A DNA stretch of 64,000 nucleotides from Phoronis australis (lineage: Eukaryota > Animalia > Phoronida), in the NCBI GenBank assembly GCA_002633005.1, contig NMRA01000016.1, forward strand, positions 1,525,860 to 1,589,859, read 5' to 3'. How positions within the stretch are numbered: position 1 is the stretch's first letter; each line of letters opens with the position of its first letter. Below are positions 38,431 to 52,400 of the stretch, one piece after another. The position numbers were made by a program, and so were the translations under genes. A model generated the notes under the pieces. It saw only the letters and a program-made list of their open reading frames with translations. It ran no database searches and had not been told where the DNA came from.

Positions 38431-41400
38431 ATTTACATGGGATATTCATTTTGACACTAATTATCAATAATATGGACAAAAATTGCAAGAATATAAATGC
38501 CCATTGTAAGACATGCACATAATTATGTAACGGATAGACATTTACACTTAAGTGAAACTCAGGCAGATGCGCTCATATGTAAAACTTGTGTAAAAGCTTC
38601 ACTGTTTTGAATGGGCCTTACATGCTCTTACTAGGATAGAAAATGTTACTATTTAGTGCAATTACTAGTAGACAGTGACTGGTTAGTAGGGCCTGATGTT
38701 TAGTCATCCTGGTATTTCTTTTCATACCCAACATTACCTGTTCTTACCTAATGTGTTTTTGTCTCTGAGCAGACAGTTTCAAACTGACCTGAATGACTCA
38801 CACAAGGTATTTCCTTTCAAGTACCAACAAAGGGTTGTTAACAGTTGGATGGTTTGCACAGCTTGTTGTGGACAGCAAAGGAACTTAATCTGATATGCCT
38901 ACCAGGTGAATGGGCCTGATAAGTTAATAGTCATGCAGTTCAATTATTAGTTCTAGGATAACTTATAGAAATATTGCCTGTTGTACCTCAGATTTTACTT
39001 GTGAGCGTCCATGGCCTCCTCGTACCAAATTCTCTCTCAGAATGTCCGGGGCCCAATTCAACATCTTGTTGAAATGGAGTGGGTACTGACAATAATGGGT
39101 ATCTCTTGTTGAGTGAAACTCAAGCCACGGGATTCTCAATATTCTGATTAAATCGTTCAATACTTAAAACTGGTTATTTCTCTATGGTGTTTAAAAACCT
39201 ACTGAGAACTAATTTGGTGTGACAGGGCGTGTGCTTTTCATGAAAATGCCGCCATTTCATTCTAATACAGCAGGTATTGAATGATTTATTTTTGTTATTT
39301 TTGTTTGTTAGCTTTTTGTTATAATGATTTCATCTCAGTTATCATGTCTGAACTTTGACCTAATGAATACATTGTCAGTGTGTCAGACCCTTGTCTGATT
39401 TATGTTTACTTGCATTTAAAATTGTTTTCAAAAAAAATTGTGGTACAATAAGCCCCAACAACTTTTGAAATTACGTAAAAAAGATTAGATTTAATAGTTT
39501 TTGTGACCTTGAAGTTGTGTAATGTTAGAGGGGGAGAAAAAACGAAGTTATGTAGCTAGCACTTTGACGCAGCATTGTTTTCTGGACGCCTCTTGATTTA
39601 TGTAAGTCAGGTTGGAGTGAATGTATGGTGATTGTTGACCTTTCATTTGGCACTGAAGATAATTGTTACCTTTGGCCTGAAGTACTTGATGTTGAGGTCA
39701 CCTGCAAATCAGAGTATATTTCATGAAATCAAAGACCAGATACTGTGATTTCTCTTTAAAATGTTTTGTCTGACAATTATGAATTGACATTAACGACGGA
39801 AACATGATTTTCGGAGATTAGCCTCAGTGTGGAATTGACTCTGAGTGCTCTCCTGCAGTCACAGTAAAAAACTCTGCTGGCCTAGCTAAACTGCACTTTA
39901 CAAATGGTGGAGTATTTTAAGGGTAAAGTCACCAGTCTTGGTTTCTGTGAATGGTTGACTACTACAAGAATCGGCAAGTTGCAATAAAGTCACAAAAATA
40001 CAATTTTTGTATTTTATAGCTGACTCGGGTCAAGTCTAATAAAGTCCAGAAGTCCATCCCTTCCCAACAATCATGCCAAAAATTTTCAATGGTCAAATGA
40101 ATGTTTTATGGTAATATGTAAAATAGCTCTACCGTTTGGTACCACAGTTTAAGTTCTTAGATTTTTTTTTCAAGTGGAGTCCTTGTTGGTATAATTTTCA
40201 TCTCGGGCTGTTGTCTTATATTTTTACTAACATTGTGTTTTGTTCTGTGTTTACAATTTTCTTTTTGTTAAATCAATTTCGTGTACCTGCACTACCAACA
40301 ACCAACTCAACACATTTCTGATTTTACCTGTAGGTTTTACTCGGGTATAAAGAAGGGGTGGTGAGTGTTTTCTGTAGCTTGTGTAAATATATATTCAATA
40401 CTGGACAAGGAAATGAAATGAGTCAGCTTCAGAAGTTAACATATCTACTTAATAATCTCTCTCAATATTCCCCCCTTATTTGGCATTCAATTTGCTTGTG
40501 GGTTATAATGAAGTTACCTTATTTTCTAAGAAAATCGGTAGTAAGCGCAATTTTCTAAGAAAATCTGTGGTAGTGCACTCTGGAAAATAATCAAAATCTT
40601 GAGGTAATCTTTTGGCCTCGGCCATTTTTGTACCCCTGAAAAGACCTTTTAACATGTCTTTACACCTATATGGGCCAAGGAACATATTTTAGAAAGAAAC
40701 CCAATTAACCCGTAGTGGATTCTGGGTAGACATTGAGTTGACACATGCTCGTATACTTGCAATCGAACTTGAAATTATTGATACATTTTCGGTATCATCC
40801 AATGTAAGCTATACATCAAGTGCAGAATTACAGAATCTGATCTTGCATTTGTGCAAAAGTAGAATATAAATTATCAAAATTAAGTTTGAGTCCGATTTGT
40901 TGTACGGAGGTTAGACCACATGTTCAGGTTGTACATTGCAAGCTTTGATATAGGTGAAGTTTTCTGTGGGTTGATATAGGTTCTCATTTAAAATAGGAAA
41001 CTGTGTCAAAATTAAGGATGTGTGAATATGTTTGTCTAGCTATGTGTGTTGCACACACAAAATGTCTTTTGTTGTACGGTATTTATTAGGTGATCTAGCC
41101 CACAATTGCTGCTACAAAAAAAGCGTACAAATACTCTATTGAACCATTCTCATTTCATGGTCATTGCTGAAAGAGTATTGAAAGTTGAAATGACTATGGC
41201 ATGCTTACAGTTCAGGAGCGTTGGGCAGATAACTTTCCGTGTGTGATTACTCAATGAAATCTGTTGCCAGATCCTTATATTTCGCCAAATATCTACTAAA
41301 CAGTAGATTTTAACGCAGTAAAATTATATATGTATTCTGAAAGTAGAAAGACCATAGAATTTGATTTCTGACTTTTTACTCATCCGTCATAACTGGGTCA

Positions 41401-43946
41401 CATAGTGTTGACAATGTTTTTTATTAAAATTTTGCAAAAAGGGAAGTTACGTTGATAGCAAAATGCAATCTGTAACATGAGCAAATTTTATTTCATGAAA
41501 TATTCAAGATGAGGTCCCAGAAACGCTGTCTTAGTTTTCTAGATTGCCATTTTGTTTTTGTTTTATGCAACTTTTGACTTTTTTCATAAAAACCATGAAG
41601 TCCAATTTTTGATAGTCCTTTATGCGAAAGTGAACTTTTTGAAAATAATTCCTAATAACGTTTTAGAGATCGATTCATTAACCATGATATTTGAAAGGTT
41701 TTTTTGAATCCGATATGCCTTTTGTGAGATATAATGTTCTTAGGCTGCCAAATTTCGAAGTTTCCTAATTGCTCCTACATATCTTGATGGCCCTTTCATA
41801 CTAACTTAAGACTCTGGTATGAGAGGTGAATCTTTGTAAACTCAGCAATGTTTGTTCACACCAAATTGTGTATTTTACATCATCAAAGTAAATGGTACCT
41901 GAAGCTGTCGAAGTTGTCTCAAGGTAGCATTTGAGGTAGCCTAACATATGGCATTTTTTTCCCTTGAGGGTTCATTTTTTCATGTGACAATTAGGTAACA
42001 TTGTCTGATGATTAACATAAAACTTATTTCTGATTCGACTGGTGATTATATGAACAAAATGTTAGGGGTGACACTGCCCTTTATTGACTATAACAGTGGC
42101 CCCTGGCGTTAACTTTGATGAGACTGAAGTTGACCGCTCCCTACCGCACCGCAGTATAGATGTTCGACTGTCAAATCCACCTGTTTACTGCAAAGTTAAC
42201 TGGCGCAGTTAACTTCTATTCAGGACTGAAGTTAACTGTTCATACTTACCACAACTCCTTAAAAGCTCCACTGTCAACATTGAAGTATGAAAGGGTCTAT
42301 GAAGTATTTGACTGCAGAGCTGTGACTTTTTCTAACTGGTGATGTTTACAACGTCTCACACTTTTCAGGAATAGTCAAGCCCACTGATACTTAAGTGGTC
42401 CTCAGAAGATTGTGCTTGAATAGAGCGTTTACCATAAGCCATTTTAAATAACACTTTTTGTCCTGGAGAAAAATAAGTGACTTTTTAGTGCTGTAGTTTT
42501 GATATAACAATATTAGCTGGATTAATAACACCTAATTTATGTAGAGAACAATAATCATGGTTTGACAGTTGTAACGAAATGTTAATGGTTATATAATTCT
42601 GGAAATTAATGGCTGCTTATACAGTCACTCAACTTTTAGTTGAACTTTGGTGTTGACATAAGCCAATGATGGGCTCACTGATGGAATGCTGCACATCCTA
42701 TCTGTTGTCTATCAGTTGAACAATACATAATTTACAATAGACCTTTGCTAGTATTATCTGTCCTGTGATGTCCATCTCATCAAGGTATGCCATAAGGTTT
42801 GAGGGCTTAGACTAGATTTCGCATCTTAAAGACAGTGCCTGATCAGTAGGGTAAATCTTTCATGTATTCTGTGATAAAAATGACATGCAGTCTATCATAT
42901 TTTTGGCGTGCTAAAAGATTATATGATCACGTCTTTAACAAATAGGGTCATTCGATGATTAATTTTAGGTTTAGCCAAGTTTAGCTTTGACGCAGTCCTG
43001 CGATGTGTCAGATTAGAACTTGAAAACTTCAGTGTTATCATTTCAGTGCTTAAACTTAGTTGTCCAGGAATTGTTAGATCAAGTCATTCGCTTGTAGTGC
43101 ATCAACTTAGAAAATCTATATGCTGTGCCAGTGATGATTCATTGATTTAGTGCTTACGTGTTGACTATTTTCTACATTTAAACGTCATTAAATGCTGTTA
43201 AGAAACACTTTGATTTCGGCCACTTTCCATTAATAAATTTGTCTTGGTCTTGTTCTGTTCTACTCAGTTCCGAAGTGGTTTGGGTTCGCGTGGCTTGAAA
43301 TTTCGTGAGCGTTAAGTCTGAATGAAATTATCAATCTGAATGAAATGTCAGGTCATTTGAACCTCTGAAACCGCCCCCTGATGACTAAGGAACAAATTCA
43401 AACCAGTTTATGACGGTAAGTGGTCTAAATCAAAATTTGTTTTTTGTGATGGAAGATGAGTGCGTGGCCTCTTTACGTGAATGTATTTGACGTCGCAATG
43501 TTCTTGTTGTGCGCAGCGATACGTCATCTGGAATTCCATTAAAAGTGGAAGTTTAGAAGCCCTCCTTGAAATTGAAACTGAGTGAACAGCATTTGTCATC
43601 TGTTCAGAAATCTAAGTGCGAATTTGTTTAAAGTTAAAATGCATTTTGCTCTGTTCATGTGGTTAAAATGGAATTTGAATTACTGCTGCTAAGCCTGGTA
43701 ATGTCTGTCACTTTGGTAGTATTCGATTTCTGACCGATGTTATTGTCGTGAAAGGCATAATTTGATTTTCTGAATTTAAGGCGAAATGAAGCTTTAAGTT
43801 TCAGTTGCCTGACAAATGCGGTCTCTCTTTTTGCTCAGTTTTGTGAACAGATGGGCTAAAATATCTTTTTTCTGTCAGCTGTATAGGTATTGTACTGTGT
43901 TGATTTACAATTATTATTATTGTTGTAGGCGGCCCTACTCTGCATC

Positions 43947-46419
43947 ATGTCACTGACTGTCAGACAGTGGCTAAGTAGCATCAATCTGGAGCAGTATCTG
44001 GGCCAGTTCACTGATAGAGGCATCACCACAGCCATCCAGTGCTCTGTGTTGCAAGAGTCTGACCTTGTCGACTTAGGGGTCAACTTGCCAGGTCACCGTA
44101 GGCGTATTCTTACACATCTTCCTGATGTCGACGGGGATATCTATGAGAACATCACTGCAAGCCAGCCGCCTGTGAGTGGCGATGGGAGTCTACCTTCTGG
44201 GGACACACCACCCAAACTTCCCGTGAAAACAAGGACTTCTGATCCAATAACCAGTCTGTCCCAGACTCCCAACAATGGTAAATCGGTATCTGGAAAAAGA
44301 CCGGTACCAAGACCCAGAAAGTCATCAAAGAAAGTTCCTGACGTTGGTGTCATGACAGTGCCAGCCGTGCAGATGCCTACTATAGAAGATGATGTGTCTG
44401 GGTCTATTAGTGTTGTACCATCAGAATCATCTGAGGGACCTCCTCATGAAACAATGGACAAATCATCTGCTTGTGCAGTGCTATCTTCTAGTGGTACAGA
44501 TGAAATGACCAATGTTGCGGCTAGTAAGCTCATGCCTGTACCTTCCGTGAAACCGAGGCAGAAAGCTAGGCCGATTCCATCGCCGAGGAAGGGAGACCAT
44601 TCACCAGCAGAAAAAAGTTTTTCGGGTAGTGGGTCCACCTGCAGTTCTGACCCAGATTTGACAGCAGGGCACATGAATACCTCGTGTGACATAAAGGAGC
44701 ATTCTTTGAATAAGGAGACCCCTGTTGGTAGCCTGCAAACTACTCTGAGCTATGAAAATTTGTTCAGTGAACTCAGTCTTCTAGAGAAAGAACTTGACGC
44801 CAGTAAAACGCAGCCTTTATCCTCACACACAGTGTTGTCTAGTGAGTCAAGTGATCAGTTGCCAGTTGTGAACTCTGTTGTGGAAGATGTTCCTTTGACA
44901 GAAACCAAAGAATCTGAGAATTCAGATTTGTCTGTTGTGACTGCTGAAACTGACCCTCCTGTACTCAGTGATGACACTTCAGTGATACCAAGTGCTCAGA
45001 GGGATAGTGTTCCTGTGGAGCAATCTGATGCTGTTAATTTGGATACCTTGACATCATTTGACGACTCTCTTTTCGACAAGATGGAGAACAATGGAACTGT
45101 TGAGGAAGACAAGTCTGCATCACTCACCGATTCTGTTCTTGTTGGAGCGCCCTCTGTGGCAGACAGAATATCCAGATTGTCCCTTGGTTCACAGAGAGAT
45201 AGTAGGTCAAGTGTTGACTCAATTAGCAAGCTTTACACTAAGGTGAACAAAGCGCCATCTGCGGGAGAAACAGAATGGGTTGCCTCAACTGGCACCGACT
45301 CCAGCACTAGTAGGTCAAGCTTAGCAAGTAATCCTGAGGAGTCTCTATACGAGTCCATCTGGGAAGCGAGTGGCAAGGTATCTAGCAAGCAGAGTTTGGA
45401 AGAAGCAATCGATAACCGACCGCTGGTTGAACCAACTCTTCGCAAAGACTTGGCGCCGAAATCTGCGATTCCAGAATCAGTAACAGAGCCTTTGAGACTT
45501 AGTTTTGCTGGCTTTGATCCCTTTATCACTCACACGGCTGGTATCTCAGTGTATGGTTCAGATGTTGACAGTGCCTTTTTAGAAAAATCAGAAACTGTTG
45601 ATTCAAAGTTGCTGAGTCTAGATGAGTTTGATCCTCTCTCAAAGAATCCCTTACCATCCCCAGAGTCCATTATATCATTCGACTTGCCAGAACCAAATTT
45701 CTCTCCTCCACCTCTTCCAGGGGATGACGGCATACAAATGCCTGATTTTGCTCCACCACCCGTTCCCTCCCCCACGTGCCCTGATGCACCCGCTCCTCCG
45801 ATACCCATGCCATCACCGTGCCCTCAACATCCGCCCCCACCCCCTCCTGTCCCTGCCCGCATCATTGACGCAAGACCATCATCGGAGCCAATCACAACAC
45901 CAAAAGACATCATTACTCACCAGCCTCTCCTCAGTCATGACCCTTTTGCCGATTTCTGGCCCTCTCCCAACACGCCACCGAATGAATTGGGGAATGATAA
46001 CACGTACGACACCCCTCCACCATCCTATCCGCCACCGAGACCAAGCCCTGCTTCATTGGATGACTATGACACACCTCCCCATCCAACAAGTAACGACAGA
46101 TCTCTCTTTGAGAAACATGGAGATACTACCAGGACTATGGCAGAACCATCAGTCGTGAACAAACATTTGGTCACGCCAGCAGAGACTCCGGATTTCATGC
46201 GGCTCTCGGAGATCGTTCCTTTAACGGGCCAGTTCGCAGCAAAGTCTAACGTCTTACAGGACCCATGGGGTTGTGCAGATCAGCTGCCACCCAGACCCAC
46301 CCGCAAAGCTCCATCACCACCACCACCACTACCGCCACCTAGGGATGTGATTCCATTTGAAAGCTTCAACGACGATCAGACAAGCTTGTACTGCTTAGAG
46401 TCAGACGATTGGAAAGGAT
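43947..46419 (+). CDS. ARAP1: ARAP first coding exon: SAM domain + ~760-aa disordered region
   Basis: Acceptor ttgtag| at 43928, ATG 43947; TVRQWLSSINLEQY...DLVDLGVNLPGHRRRIL is a SAM domain; donor gtaagt at 46420. Confidence 0.93.
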
Positions 46420-49400
46420 GTAAGTGGGTTTTAGTTTTGGTTTGGGTTTGCTTGTTCCATCTGGTTATGTTTTATATGCAGAAAGCATGGCTTTTGTACT
46501 GGTGCTCCATCTAGTGTTAAATCTCTGACTCAGTCTATTTTACCAGTCATACTGCAGCTCTCAGGGCACTAACTGTGACTGGTCTTGTGAAGCCAACTTA
46601 TTGAGCTGGGCCTTCAGCAGTAACCAAACTGAAAGTGGTTCCCAATACCAGAAATCGGTCTAAATTGTGTCTGAATAAGGAATAAATTGAGACAAGTTTT
46701 TTTATGCACAGGAAGTTGTCTAAATCAACAAAATTATAAATTTTAATTTTTTGACTGCTGGTTAGTATAAGGTAGGTTTAAATTTTCATTATTTTTGTCA
46801 AAATTAGACATTTTATTTTAAAGTGACCCGAAATTAGCATACTAGCAAACATATCGGATTTCCCACATTTTTATAATCAATTAGTTTAGTATCGGTTTTA
46901 TGGTGCTTTATCTGAATGCTAGTCACGACACGGGTGGAAAATTTTTATTCTGACATTAATCGTGGTGTTACAAATCCCCAAACCAGGAACCTGTCACATT
47001 ATCAATAACATGATGCTGCCCATTGTGTTGAGTGCTGGCCAACAAGTGTTATAGTCTGGATGTCATGGAAGCAGGAAGTGTGCCTTCTGATAAGAGTGGC
47101 CGTGCTGTTGCCCCAGAATGTGTGTGAGGTATATTTAGGGTGACATTGTAATGAAGTACTTTGAACACTGGCGTAGCTGCTAGTGCATGCAAGTTAAAAG
47201 CAATATACATATTAAGTTAAAAATTCCTCTATTTGGAGACTATTTGCTGTTGAATTGGTTCCACTCGGTGGTTGTTGGAGACTATTTGCTGTTGAGTTGG
47301 TTCCACTCGTAGGTTGCGTACCATGTAATTTATTGACGACACATTGTCCAATAGCTTCTACTCACAAATTCATTTGCATCCAATATGCTATCTAAAACCT
47401 TATCATTGTCAAACAAAAAGTACAATCATGAACCATGTTGAGTTATCAGATAACCAACAAGAATTATTTGTGAAAAGCTCTTGGTCATGCCCTTCCTCAA
47501 TAGTACTGCATGAGAAGTACTCCTTTACATGCAGTTTTTATTTATTGGGATGACATTTGTTCTGGTGGCCTTTCCATATTAAAGAATTCTGAGGCATTGG
47601 ACGGGTTTTGAATGTGAGGACTTGATTCGGATGGTTTCTATTATGGTACTTGTAAATGTTTTAGTTGGTAATTGCTCTGAGATATGTCTGGTGTGCCTCT
47701 GTTATGGCAGTGAGAAAGTCTGGGTTAGGATTTATGTGATAAGGATTGGGCGTGAGGAAGTGTTGGGCTGTGATGTCCCTGTGACTAGTGTATCTTGGAG
47801 AGTGGCATTCTCAGTTACTCTCAGAATGTATCATGCCTTGCGTAAATCTTCAGCTGAAGCCAAGGTTGGAAATGTGTGCCAGTCCGTTTGGTAAGCAAGT
47901 ACAGTGCAAGCCAAAAGTATGCAGACTAAGTACTCAGAGAGTTCCTGACATGATGTCTGGGCGGGAACCGAATTCATCAGTGAGAGTAGTCTCCCTTGAT
48001 GACCGAGAAAGAAAGGGAATTAACAGAAAAGTCAATAAGATGGCTAAGTGTTCTGCACTGTTATTAGAATTTACTGTCCTAATAGTTATTACCAGTCATT
48101 TTTGCTGTTAGCCATCATGACAGGGAATGGTATTTTGTCTGATTACTTTTGTATGGTACTGTACCTGTTGTATATTGTCTGGCTGTTTCTTAGCTTAGTT
48201 AGTTACACCTATTTTTATCGCTTTGTGATTTTTTGCCTTGGCAGTGACAACTACGTATCAAATGTTCTGCTGTCTACAAGTTGAGCACTAACTTCTGGGT
48301 ATTGGGCCTTTTGTAATACAAACTCTGAAATTTAGTTACTGATTCTTAGTGTTTTTGCTGAATGCAATCCTAAGTAGCAAATACTCTCATCAAGTGGAAT
48401 TGGCAAACATCAAAATCAGCCACCACAATAAGTGTTCCACTAAATGTCACAAGTTTTGCATCTGTGCACTTTTGAAAGTTACTGCATAGATAAGTTCTGC
48501 ATCGCCATGTTTCAAAACTTGTTTTGGTTTGTGTTTGAGGCAGAACGCTTTGATGTCTTGGTTCAGCAAGTTAGGTTCAAAATGCCACCCACCATGGATG
48601 TAATGGCGTTGATTGATTGCTTCATTGAGATAAACCACTGAAACTAGATGGATTTATTCTGCTACTGTGAAGTTTATGTGATTGTGGCTTGATGTAGCAC
48701 TGTGGGGGATTGTAAGTTTAGAACCCTTTGCCTCTAGTTAACCCTTTGTTCACTAGCCACTAAGACATTGTATACCCCTGGGTGAATATTCAGCAGTCAG
48801 TCTTGACCTGCTTAATTTATAACGCTTCCATTTTTTGCAGTCAAGGTTTATCAACTTTTGAAGACAATGACAATTTAGGGAATTAGTATTTTTCTTGGAA
48901 ATAGGAAAAATAAGTAAATAAATAAAGAGCCTCTTGACAGCAAGACAAGTGTACTAGTAGTTGGTAGAGCTTACAATATTATCGTAATCGTTCGGGTTAA
49001 CGCCCATGTTCAGTTAACCGCCCATCCCCGACTTTAAGTGGATTTTCGATTTAACCGCCCACTGCTCGGTTAACCGCCCTCCCCCGATTTTTTGGATTCG
49101 CCAATTTAACCGCCCAGGGCGTTAACCCGAACGATTACGGTATGTTCCCACCTTATTTAGTCGGTAACGGTGATTGCCTTGTGAAAACACTTAAATACAA
49201 ATTTCTGGTTTAGCTCACCCTTTGAGTTTCTCGACCTAGCGCTCAAAGCATCCATTATTATGAAGAATTTTGAACAAGAAATGAAATTGTTTGGTACTAG
49301 GATCTCAATGGTATTTGAATGAAATTCTTGTTTGAAAGATGCTCTGACATGTTTCCCACGAAAAATGTGAACTCATCTCTTTGTGATGGTGGAACGTGTC

Positions 49401-52400
49401 GCGTGTCTCTTATTCCATCTCACCGTATCCGTTGTCTGACCATCACGGGTATCGATTCCAGCTACACCGCAGCTAGACACCAGCTGTGGCGCCAGTGAAG
49501 GTAGCCTAAGTGACGGTGGTGAGTTCCTCAGCATCGACTCTCTGACCAGCCCGACCACGCTCATCAATATGGGCTGTGTAGACAAGGCAGACATTAACAG
49601 CAGGATACCAGTTATACCGCACGTGCCGGTAGGTGATCATGCCATGTTCAATACAGTTCATATACCGTACTCGCAGGGTTAACACCCGTGTTTGACTTAG
49701 CGCCCACCCACAAAATTTCTGAGTTTTCGCTTTTAATTAAATGCCCTTGGCCAGCTTAAGGCTCACACCCAGTTGGTACGAGTGAGACTTGCGTAAAAGC
49801 ACCCTGGGTCTTTGTGAATGCCCATTTTACGCAAATTTTAACTCCCGTAGCATCCGAATCTGCGTACCTTGGGTATTATACAGCCAAAGTGCCCATGGCT
49901 CCTTGCCTTATTCAGACAGAAAACACCCGTACACTAAAATTATAGGATTAATTCGGCTCTCGCATGAGAGTCTGATGTAGATGTAGCCCCGTGGAAGTTC
50001 GCGTAAATTTACCATTCACTACACAGGTAAATACCCTCTCCGGTCTTCTAAAAAATTTCATTTTCAAATGCCCTTACTTTGTTTAACCCTCCCCCCACCC
50101 TGACATCTCAGTTCCCCAATTCAAGCAGCCTGGGTGTTAACGTGGACTTTTGAGCCTGTATATCTGTTGTCATGGTAAAATCTTAACACAAAAATGAAAA
50201 CTTAACTTTGCTTTCGCAATGTCAAATGTGTTTGAAATTTATGTTTTTCTGTTGTAAATTTAATGAGTAAAATATTTATTAGTATTTTCACTCCTCATTT
50301 CTGTTAATTTGGATTTTCAATTGTTTGACACACTGCTATTCTTGATTTCCTAATGTGGACGTTTCATTCACATTTTTCTTGTTCATTTCAGAAATCCATG
50401 GAGAAATCTGGGTACCTTTTTAAACATGCAGGGTGTGTACTAATTGTTTTATTCTGTTCTTATCTTCCTATGAGGAGAACATTATAATGCATAATAAAGT
50501 TTAACCCCAACAGAAGAGTGAATTACCGGGTAATAACCATACAGCTATAATTTTGCGTGGGAGATAAGGATTTGACAAGAAACGTGTTGGGCATTCTGCA
50601 GTGTTCTAGAATAGAAAATGTCCCTGTGCTCACCAGCAACACGCAGAATGGAAGTTGGAATATTTTCATTTTGTTTTGCAAGTTTTGTAGAGTTCATTGC
50701 TCAAAATCGGGGATAAATAGATTATGATATGTCCTGGACATTTACATCCAACTTGTAGTTAAAGCCTGGTGATATTTGGAGGAATTATCACTCTGAGAAT
50801 TGGAAGTCATCCAATAACATTTTCCTCCAAATTCCTCTAGGGGTCTAGATATGGGAAATAGCAACCTCCTCAAAGTAATAACCTGTATTTATGAGAAATG
50901 TAACTGTGAAACAACACTTCGGAATCGTGTACCAGAATGACCCCTTGAAGCATTTGTCTGGTGGGGAATACCCAGCAGGCTATAGGGCCTCGTACAGTCG
51001 TCCAGATGTATTGTTGGTCGTATAATTCTGGGGAGTGTGCAGTAACATTGATGTTGATCTTTGCTCTCGAACAAAGTGCTCTGCCTTGTTTCAACTTTGA
51101 TGGTGCCCACTGAAGTTATCATGGAAAGATATTTACGTTTTGAAGTGCCGGTCTGTCTATGTAGGGGTTAAAAAAAGAAGAAGAATGTCAACTGTTTGTT
51201 AACTGGATTGAGAACCAGTTTCCTCCACTGATAAATGGAGTCAAACTGGTTCACAAAATGTGGGACCCCAGTAAGTGACTATTACCAACGTTGGTGTGCT
51301 AAAAGTGTTTCTTCGTTACCATGAATGGTACTGGTGTGTTGTTGCAGCAAACAAGACCACAAACGACTGTTGAAGAAGAAGTGGGTCACCTTCAGCAATG
51401 GCTGCCTACGCTATTACAAAAATAATAAGGTAGTCCGTTTGTATTACAACAGAATATGTTTGATGTGCAAGTCATATATCAAAAATCTGAAAAACACTGA
51501 ATTTTTCCCCAAGAGTAAATTTTTGAAATCTGTTTATTAAATGCACTTCAATTACTTCGCCTAGATGGATTATACTCTTCGTCCTTCACCAAAGTATTAT
51601 ACTGTGCACAGGGATTTCAGAGTTCACAGAATCTGGCTTTAATTTTTTTTCGTATTCCACTTATTCTTTCCATAAGTTCATCTGAAACAGTTGCTGGGTT
51701 TGCGACGGATGGGTTTATATTCAGTTTTTTTTTGATTCTTTGTCAGAATGATGTTTCCATTGTGAAAGCTACAGACTTTTGCAAAAATCGCTGCAGTTTT
51801 GTTGTGAAATATTTGTGTCTTATAGCCAGATTTTTTGAATGTTTGAATTGTTTTAACTTATTTGACTTGCCAGCATTGTATTCTGCTGATCTTACAATTA
51901 TTTGATTTCTTTCTATTGCCGCCAGCATCGCATCTCTGATCGCATCATTCCAGTATCTACGATGAAGAATGTTGAGAATGACATTAGGGTAAGTGGATTT
52001 ACGGTAAAAACTCACTAATTCAGGAAACAGCATCGCGGATAAGAGAGTTTTTTCATTTTATCTTAATTATACTATTAAATAATGTAATTCGGCTGTAGTG
52101 CCTTTCAAATGCAGATTTCGTTAAAAGCGATTCGACATTGATTGTCAGATATTAACTTCTTTCTTGTCTAAAAATACTCCTTGTGTGTGCGGATCGCATC
52201 TGTGCAGTAGGTCCGTGAGAAACAATCAATGCTGAATGGTTTTATTTTTAAATATAAGAAGCACCACATGCGTCAATGCTGTATCATTTCAAAGTTCATA
52301 GCTTCCGTGAGTCAATGTTTTTAAGAAATTATGGGTATTCGCAACAATTTTGGAAATCTTTTTTAAAAATTTAAAAAGTACGTTCTGGCAAGTATCCTTG

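Noticed and set aside
39917-42085. Second Kolobok-like element (TTAAGGGTAAAGTCACC ... GGTGACACTGCCCTTTA)
   Set aside because: Terminal match is too weak and the TSD is imperfect, so the ends cannot be paired confidently.
44141-46158. Overlapping antisense and alternate-frame ORFs in the ARAP giant exon
   Set aside because: Expected shadows of a long GC-richer coding exon; no recognisable motifs.
46420-46514. Hydrophobic C-terminus of the 855-aa ORF as a transmembrane anchor
   Set aside because: It lies past the consensus donor GTAAGT at 46420 and is T-rich intron read-through.
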